Assembly (NCBI GenBank): GCA_009103225.1 | Contig: RHPI01002533.1 | Coordinates: 895,368 to 959,367, forward strand | DNA length: 64,000 nt | Source of the DNA: Chlorokybus atmophyticus | Lineage: Eukaryota > Plantae > Mesostigma and Chlorokybus algae | Direction: 5' to 3' | The notes under the pieces: model-generated | What the model saw: only the letters and a program-made list of their open reading frames with translations | Databases searched by the model: none | Told to the model about the DNA's origin: nothing | Shown: positions 55,664-64,000 of the stretch, one piece after another | How the letters are laid out: every line of letters starts with the position of its first letter | Position numbering within the stretch: position 1 is the stretch's first letter | Translations under genes and position numbers: made by a program

Positions 55664-57435
55664 ATGGTGGCTGCAGCTGCCGCCATGAAGGCGGTGGCAG
55701 GTGCGGCGACGTTGTCATCGTCGACGTCAACAGTGTTTTCAGGGTTGTCGCGGGGGCCGCGGCAGCGCTCGGCTCAGCGCGGACAGCGTGCCGCGCAGCA
55801 AAGTGTTGCGCGTGCAGCTTTAGCTGAAGCCAAGGGCCCACACACTGCTTTGGAGGTGGTGAAGTTGACCAACAAGCCCACAACGTCTGCTTCCCCCTTT
55901 AGCGTGGCTGTGGCGGAACCAGCCACGGGAGTGGTGTCCGTCGGTCGCAACACCTTGGCAAATGTTACTGCAGTCGTTGCGGACGACCTAGCACAGCTAC
56001 ACGAAGGCTTGATGGCGGTAAGCTGGTCTGTAGAGCATGCTGAATACGGCCTTTCCTTATGAACTATTACTTCACAAGCTCACTGTTGCACTGCGGTTAT
56101 CATCAGTTTCCTGCACATGGTCTACACTTTGTGTATGTGTCATTGGTGCTTGCAGTAAGTACAATACAGTAATCATGTTGGACAAGTGCTTGCTGCAAAC
56201 ACTAAGCTTGCACAATTTCATGGTTGCAGGTTGTTGGAAACCGGCATCCTGTTTTGATGCAAGCAGCAGAGCAGATATTCAAAGCAGGGGGCAAGCGAAT
56301 TCGTCCAGCATTGGTGTTCCTCGCCTCCAGAGCCACATCCGAACTTGCAGGGCTCTCGTAAGTGATGTGATTTTGCGGGTGTGTGCAGCTTGGGTTGAGA
56401 ACCAAGCTGTTGTTGTGCCATTTGTTGCCTGACTCTATTCATATTTCACAGAGACATCCGATGGCAACATAGGAGGCTGGCAGAAGTTATAGAGATGATA
56501 CATACAGCAAGTTTGGTACATGACGACGTCTTGGATGAGGCTGCCACACGACGAGGTGAGCCTTGCCAGCTGCATGTCGGTTGATAACATCAATTGTGCA
56601 GTTGCAGGGTGCGCATGTGAAACTGTGGATGTATACTGTTGGCCTTGACTGCTCATCAATCCGTCTGCATTGCAGGTGTCCCCACCGTCCACAAGAAGTT
56701 TGGTACCCGCGTGGCAGTGCTAGTTGGAGACTATCTGTTCTCCCAATCATCACGGCAGCTTGCTTACTTAGAGAACCTGGAAGTTATCAAGCTGATTAGT
56801 GAGGTATTGCCTGTGTTGGCTCTTCTGGCAGTGATGATGCTGACCTAGCCGTGGTGAATAAACATGCTGACCGGTATGTGTGTCAGGTTATTGCAAGTTT
56901 TGCTGATGGAGAGATCGCACAAGCGCAAGCCTTGTTTAACGTGGACTTGACAATGGAAGAGTACCTGGACAAGAGCTTTTACAAGACTGCATCCTTGGTT
57001 GCCGCTGCTACGAAGAGTGCAGCCATCTTCAGTGACGTGGGACCTGAAGTGTCGCACCAGATGTACGAATATGGACGACATCTGGGCCTTGCCTTCCAGA
57101 TCGTCGATGATATTCTAGATTTTACCCAGAGTACCGAGCAGCTGGGCAAGCCAGCTGGTAGTGACCTCGCCAGTGGCAATTTGACTGCGCCAGCATTGTT
57201 TGCCATGCAGCGTGAGCCGTTGCTGCGTGAAATCATCGAGAGCGAGTTTCAAGAGGAGGGTTCTCTTGATGAGGCATTGAGGTTGATTGAGAAAGCTGGC
57301 GGCATTGCTGAGGCACGTGCACTTGCAAGGCAGGAGGGTGAGCTTGCATGGAAGTGCTTGCAGTGCCTGCCGGTTTGTGATGCGCGGCGAGGGTTAGAAG
57401 GAATGGTGGAGGTAGTCTTAGAAAGAATGCACTAG
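55664..57435 (+). CDS. SPS: Plastid solanesyl-diphosphate synthase (trans-prenyltransferase, PF00348)
   Basis: Ala/Ser-rich transit peptide. [69 protein letters not shown]. Confidence 0.9.
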
Positions 57436-58619
57436 TTCACACTGGCACATGGCAGCGTCTGGAACAGCTGCCAGCTGTTTATATCTTGTTCATTATAGTA
57501 TTGTATTCATTGGTATTGTTGGAATTCAGCATAACTTGGCTGTGTCTTCTCAGAGATTCTGCCAGATATGTGCAGGTCAATTCTGTGTAGTACTGTTTCC
57601 TATATTCTTGTGGTCATCCCAACTGCAATTGGTGGATTGATTGTCAGCAGCGCTGTCGTGTGCATGCATTTCTGCGCATTGTTGGCAGCTGCCATTTGAC
57701 CCCCGCTGTGCTCAGCTGTGCTACAGTCCGTCTGCATTGAGCTCTAGCCTAGGCATCTCTTGTGCTTCACTTCTTTGCTCTATAAAAATGGTCAAGCTTT
57801 AGCCTGTCATCACAAACAAGGCCGCCCTTTACACACATGTGCATGGGTGTGTGTAGTGCATTGTGTTGAGGAATAACAAGTGCTTGTTATGGATAATGTA
57901 GGGTAGTAGTGCGTAGATAAGGCGCTTGTTTAGGTTGGTCATTTGTGGTGATCTCTTGCATGCCTTGCTACTGCCAATGCCCTACACCTTATGTGCACGC
58001 ACTTAGCTAGGCCATATAGCAATAGGCACCCCTGCTATAATGGTGACTCTGCTGTGATGTGTGCGCTTGGAGTAGCATGGACATGACCCGCACCCACCGT
58101 ACGTCTGTGATTAATAGAAGATTGAACTTATCCCCCCCCCCCCCCCCAAAAAAAAACAATTGCTATAATGGTTAGTCTGCTGTTGGTGTAAAGGGTAGAA
58201 CCAAGGGGTCCTTTACCCGATCTAACCAATGTGAAAATTACACACAAACACATGTGCGTGCATAGTGTGAGCCAATTAGACAATGTCTTCACGGTAGAGA
58301 GTGCCCCATCCTCTGTAGCTGGCTGTAGCGACATTGTAACGGGGCGATATGGTGGAACCACATGTAGACGGCGTCCAATTGGGCACCATATCTTTAAGTG
58401 ACTTGCCCGCCTCCAGTGGTGTTCATGGCGACGGTGCTATGTTATTATTGTGCTTGATATTGCTATTGCCCCTATCGTTGTTTGCATCTACCGTATATGT
58501 CATAACGACAACATATGGTAAATAAAGAGCCCCAAGTCACATGCATAAGAGCATACTCCCTCAGTAAAGGACAACATGCTTGTTAAGTAGTGGTTAGCCA
58601 AGTGTTAAGTATAGACGAC

Positions 58620-59070
58620 AGCTTTCAACATTATTCTCATCCAAGTAATGATGATCACAATGCGTGGCATTATTAATGTTTTCAAACATCATTTGTTCGA
58701 TAGCTGCATTCCGGACTCAAAGTTAAGGGTAGTTCATAAATAAAGCTGACCATAAAGCAGCTGCTCATAAGAGTACACTCCTTTTTTTGGGCCACAACCC
58801 AGAGGATTCTCAATTTCTCTTCCATCAATGACTCTAGGCAACCATTTTCAATATTACACTCATCCAATTGATCATGGTTGCGACGTGTGCAATAATGTTT
58901 TCAAGCTTATTTTTTTCTGTAGCCGCACTCCTGACCCAAAGTTGGTAGTCAATGAGTGAAGCTGACAACAAAGCAACCGCTCACAAGAGTAAACTTATTC
59001 TCTTCATAGTCACAAACGGGGGATTGTCAATGTCTCTGTAGGGCTTCTCAGTGAATGATTCCTCAAGAGG
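58620..59070. repeat. Diverged direct duplication with a period of about 220 bp
   Basis: TTTCAA(C/T)ATTA..CTCATCCAA at about 58625 and 58846. GCTGAC.A.AAAGCA..GCTCA.AAGAGTA.ACT at about 58745 and 58961. Confidence 0.55.
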
Positions 59071-59299
59071 GTAAGTTACATCCCAATAATTAATTACAAA
59101 TAACAACATCATTAACTACAAATAACAACGTTTATTATCAATCAACGCGTGACGTGGTCTAGCATAGGGACGTCCCATACGCATGCCGAGGTTCGTGTCT
59201 ATGTACATGTGATGGATTGCTTGTGCCCTGCAGCGTGCTCAGGCATGGCGTTAAAAGGGCAACCATGGCCGTGTGTGTAGATTTAAGGTGGCCTCGTGA

Positions 59300-59420
59300 A
59301 ACTTACCTCATACAGCAAATGGCCACCAATAATTGCTTGAGGTCAGCAGTGCTGTTGTCCTTGCGTAGCCGCTGTGCATAAGCAACGGTGGATTCGCTAA
59401 AAGCACACTCCAATCCAGCC
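59300..59420 (-). pseudogene. Possible Gypsy integrase Zn-binding fragment
   Basis: HSGYARTTALLTSSNYWWP resembles H-x-G-x-x-RT..L...YWWP, but no flanking pol motifs were found. Confidence 0.25.
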
Positions 59421-60388
59421 AAATAGAGTGCAGAAACCATATGTAGCAAGAACACACATTGCCAGCATAGGTTGAAACAGGGGGTAAGGCAAAGCTCCAG
59501 TACATAAGACCCTGGCATGTAGTTCTTTAAGGCTAGACCCTCAAGCAGCTGGCAAATGTATGTTGGAGAAGAGAGGTGAGACTTAGGCTATGGAGCTGCA
59601 AGGGCATGCACCACGACGACGATCATCAGTTTTGCCTATGCGAAGACACACTAACATTGCTCACCGTAAAGTTTCCACGGTACAAGGTAGGCAAAGCTTA
59701 CATTACTACCAACTTGAATATCAGTATACACTCAGCTCTACATGTGCCCACGATACGCGCATATGCATACATAATATGTTATTAAGTTAAGTGTTGTTGA
59801 GTTTTCTAGCTACACCTCTTGGGCAACATTTTCAAGGTGTTACCCATATGTAAATGTGCAACTCAATCTTAATAATTTGTCACCATCTCCCTATTTACAT
59901 GTTTATGACGTTAAGTGTAGAATCCGTAGTGCTATGCACCCGTCTATCTTTCATCCACATGCAAGCCACCTATCATTTAACACCCCCCCCCCCCCCAATA
60001 CCACCAACGCCTGGCACCAAGCACTCGCATCTCGCATCACCACATTATGCGTGCCATCATGCAAACTTCACGTCATAAGCACCACAATATCCGACCAACC
60101 CAATGTAATTCTAGGAAGAGACAGACTGGGGTGTTGAAAGCAAACAAACATCTCGTCATGCCCACATGAAACGTGCGGATATGGCTGATATGATGGACAA
60201 CTGTTAAAATAGACCAAACAGCAACCGTGAGTAACGGTAGTGACGAGTCCCTGACGACCTTGTATCTGACACAACCAATGTTCAACAGCGCTGCCCTGTA
60301 CACAGCATGTAAGAGCTGTCATAATGCCGCACGCCTAAGCAATCCATTTAGACCAAGCCAACAATCTCCTACATAATGCAACCAGCTG

Positions 60389-63300
60389 TCACTGACAGCC
60401 TGTTAGCAACGTACTGTACAACCGTTTTAGCGAGGGGCACACAGTACGGAAGTGGTCCAACATGTCTGCCGTAATCTGCGCAGGACACGGTTCAGGGAAG
60501 TCACAACCATGTTATCAACTTGCAACACTGGTTCTACAAGAACATGACCTCATACCTGTGAGCAATCTCGAACATCCAAGGTCTCCAGTACTGGGAGCTG
60601 GGATAGGGCATACCCCAAGGTCTTCACATCTAGGCAACAAGCCTGTTGATTCAACAACATGTGTCAGATACACCAACAAGGCATGACGCATCCGGTAGCA
60701 CATAACTCTTGAGCAGCTTGCAGCGCACACAACAGGCACACCGCACCTGCAGGTACAAGCTGTGCAGACGGTCACACCTAAGGTTCAGCTCCGTAAGGTG
60801 CAGGCAATCACTGCACAAGCCACACCACCGCATGTTAATTTGGCTTCAGCCAGAACGGCTCAACACAGCAACCCAAGACATGACATGTAAAACTTGTATG
60901 GCCTTTCTTCAGCCTGATAACAGACTGTACCTGAGGTTGAGGGATGTCAGGTTAGGGCATGTCAGCTGCACACTGCGTACTGCCGAGAGGCGCAGATTGA
61001 GAGTTTGAATGGCAGCCCCAATGCCTGAACCACTGATGACACAAGCTCGTAAGCCATCACAGCCAACGCAGCTTAAACTTTCCAATAGCTTTATTGATTC
61101 CTCTTTGCTGGGTCCACCAGCGGCAAGGGAAGCAGATGACAAATGATGCCACAACCGATCAGTAACGCGAGAGCAACCGTTCAAGTTGACTGAGACCAAG
61201 CCTCTGCAGGCAGTCAAGGCCGCACCAACAGCATCACCACTGCCAGCAACAACATGATAGCTCAGAACACTTTGTTCCGACAACCAAAAACAGCTTCTGG
61301 TGACTTCAGCATAACTGTACCACATAGACATGACTAAACAAGACCTACAAACTGCACCTGAGATTGCAGTACGACAAGTCAAGTCGCTGCAAGCGAGGGA
61401 GAATGTCTGGATCGCAGAGTGGCGCTATTGCATCGTCGCATAGAAGCTTGCACGCTGACAGATGCAAGCATTCTAGGGCAGGACACGAGGAAAACACCTG
61501 TAACCCAAGATAAAGAAAGTTGTCAGAACACCATGCATCATGTCACATTACAACTAGCACATGGCCGTAAGGGTTAACTGGCCAACCACAGTTTGTGCTT
61601 GACTGAAACAACTTGTGCACAATGTGTTAAGCCATCAAGAGCTGACAGCTATCCTGCACCAGCGAGGCTTACCGGCATCAAATCACTTAGGTCAGTGTAT
61701 GACAGGTCAAGGAACGTGAGATGCGGAAGCCGCTTCAATGTGGCCAACCCTGCAGAACCGACGCCCGGGCAGGCAGCTAACACAAGGGTGCGGAGTGATG
61801 TACAATGGTTGCTTGTGGCTTCCAGGCAGCTGTCATCTATTTGGCTGCAAAACACCAATGCTTAATAGGCACAAAGGCGACAGTGCAAGCCTGGACGAAA
61901 CTATGCCACAGTGTCGTTGTCAAAACCAGATGACGCATACTTGCAGTATGAGGCGTCGATGGTTGTCAACTGCGGCGCTGCAATGGCAATGCGGCTTAGT
62001 TTGCCACAGCCTCGCAGCTCAAGGTTGGTCAACTGCGGTGCTAGCAGAGTCAAGGAGTCCAGTCGTGGGCAGATTCCCAAGTTGAGCTCTGTCAATCCCA
62101 CTGGATGAAGCACAACCTGCTGCAATTGATCACACCCATCCAAGCCCAATTGCTTCAAGCTGGGACAGCTGCAGGACAAGACAGCAGTAAGATAGCAGCC
62201 TGGATGCCCATGCGCATACTGTACCGTAAAGGGCGCAGCGAGATGTACGCAAACAATAGCAACAACCGCAGCTTGCATACAACTGTCACACTCGCTGTAC
62301 GTGTCACAGAAGGTGACGCGCAATGTGCAGGCAAACACGAACTTACTTGAGAGACAGGCTGGTCAGCTTGCGACAAGATGTAAGGCAAATGCTTTGCAAC
62401 GAGTCCGAATGGAGGTTGCCAGCGGTAACACCCTGAGACCAACAGCTAACTGAGCAAGATTCACGCCAGGACCTATATCTGCACCAAGCTCCTGGCATGT
62501 GTTACCTCACAGGAGTCCAACGTGAAAGCCTTCAATGCTGGGCAGCCACCGTCTGATGAAGCGGTTGCAAATATTGTATTGTTTAGAGCATCACAGTCGT
62601 AAAACGTGATGTCTGAAAGGTTGGGGCACTGCAGATGGACTGCTGCAAGCCTGTACATGCAGCGGAATGCCAGTGAAGTCAGCGCAACGGCTGAAATCCT
62701 GATCGCTGACAGCGAAGAACACTCAGACACATTCAAGCTCGTCAGCGCGGGGCTTTGGACATGAACGGTAGTTAACCTGCAATCGACCACAGTCATAAGT
62801 CAACAGGTCCTACAGCGAGACTGCAACACTGCCCACTGACACTCACCATCAACAAGCAAACCACGTTTGTACAACAACACTTACTTGCGGCAACGGAAGA
62901 AAGTTATTGTCCTCAAGCGAGGTAACCGTAGTGTCACGTTTTGCAACAAGCCGCAATCATCCAGGTTGAGCTCTGACAGTGCCGTCCAGTGACACAGCTC
63001 TTGTACACTGGTTGAAGTTATTCCGACACACTCCTTGAAGCATGCATGATCCACTCCCAGCATGCGCACTCCCTACAAGCAATAGAGATGTTGGGAGGTA
63101 ACAAGGCAGCTGATGCCAGGACAATCATATGCGAACGAATCATCTGCGTACCTCCAAAGTAATGTTGGGGCAGTGTGACGCATTCAAAAAGCTAAGATTT
63201 GGGCAGCTGCTAGCAATCTCACGAAGTGTTTCATCTGATATAGATCCACACCCACTGCAACACAACAATGAGATTGATGATGTCTCACAGCAGCGACTAG

Positions 63301-64000
63301 CAAGGTAAGGAGAGCTATACTTGGCAAGCCACACATACCTGACATCTAGCGAAGTGATAGTCGGACAAGCACAAACAGCGGCACGAATCGCTGCGTCTGG
63401 CAGTTTAATGCATTCTGAAAGGTCCAGAGTTTGGAGCTGCGGACAGACCAACAGCAGAGATGCGGTTGCCGTGCCAAGAAGGGACAGAGTGTGGAGCTGC
63501 GGATACCTGCAAGGCATGCATTCCGCATTGTTGAGTACAGCGAGTGTTGAAACCAGTATGTGCCTTTGCCAGCGGCCAACACTAAGAGTTCGTGACATCA
63601 CAGCTAGAATGCATGTGCCAGATGCTGTTGCTTTCAATGCGTGTGAGCTGTTCCATAGACGCACTGAGCATGTGTACGCAAACTAAACGAGCACTACTGT
63701 CACACAGCCTTCACGCCACTAGTGCTGAATAACCCACCTGATAACCAGCCGTGATACACGCCACGCAATCAGCTTCAAGGTTTTCACGTTGGGATGCCTC
63801 ATATCAAGGTCAGAAGGTCCTCCACTACCCGACCATGACCCTTTAAGAGTCAGAGTTTCAAGCTGTAAGCATCTGGATGCCAGTGTCAAGAAAACGCCAT
63901 CACCAACGTACCGCTGCCCCATTGTAAGGCTTGTGAGTCGCCTATTGCACAACAAAGTTTGCACAGAGATTGCGCGAGCCATTCCAACTGTGCTGCAACA
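60389..64000 (-). CDS. FBL15: F-box/LRR-repeat protein 15 (SLOMO-like), 5' end outside the window
   Basis: Many Cys-containing LRR exons. KLPDAAIRAAVCACP, SISDETLREIASSCPNLSFLNASHCPNITLE and the C-terminus FRTVCPSLKRLYS match plant FBL15. Stop at 60389-60391. Confidence 0.85.

Noticed and set aside
34507-57435. Phytol kinase and solanesyl-PP synthase as a prenyl-lipid gene cluster
   Set aside because: They are 20 kb apart and separated by RPB6, IRE1 and TEs; chance proximity is sufficient.

Overview
This is eukaryotic nuclear DNA with many short GT-AG introns. It is probably from a flagellated early-diverging streptophyte alga: an inference from CFAP70 together with SLOMO/FBL15, S40 and plastid SPS orthologues. 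Host genes: an S40 senescence regulator, a CFAP70 N-terminal-only paralogue, a signal-peptide/TM GBP-like pseudo-GTPase, CFAP70, a phytol/farnesol kinase, RPB6, IRE1, solanesyl-PP synthase and FBL15 (5'-truncated). The main accessory feature occupies 1-11,583 and holds four spliced, apparently intact genes. They encode an OTU-deubiquitinase/RING protein, a Zn-finger/Cys-cluster/Tudor/phage-like C5 DNA methyltransferase, a Plavaka (CACTA-like) transposase and an orphan acidic protein. The block ends in a CAC-type terminus exactly where a pogo transposase ORF breaks off, which suggests a large cargo-carrying Plavaka element with its own chromatin and ubiquitin toolkit; its left end would lie outside the window. 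A second TE nest at 44.5-53.6 kb holds a decayed DIRS element with an antisense recombinase, a TRIM with 88-bp LTRs and a Gypsy pol relic. The 1.28-kb poly-G run and the exact 1.1-kb duplication inside CFAP70 are probably assembly artefacts. All gene models were spliced by eye; no database search was run.
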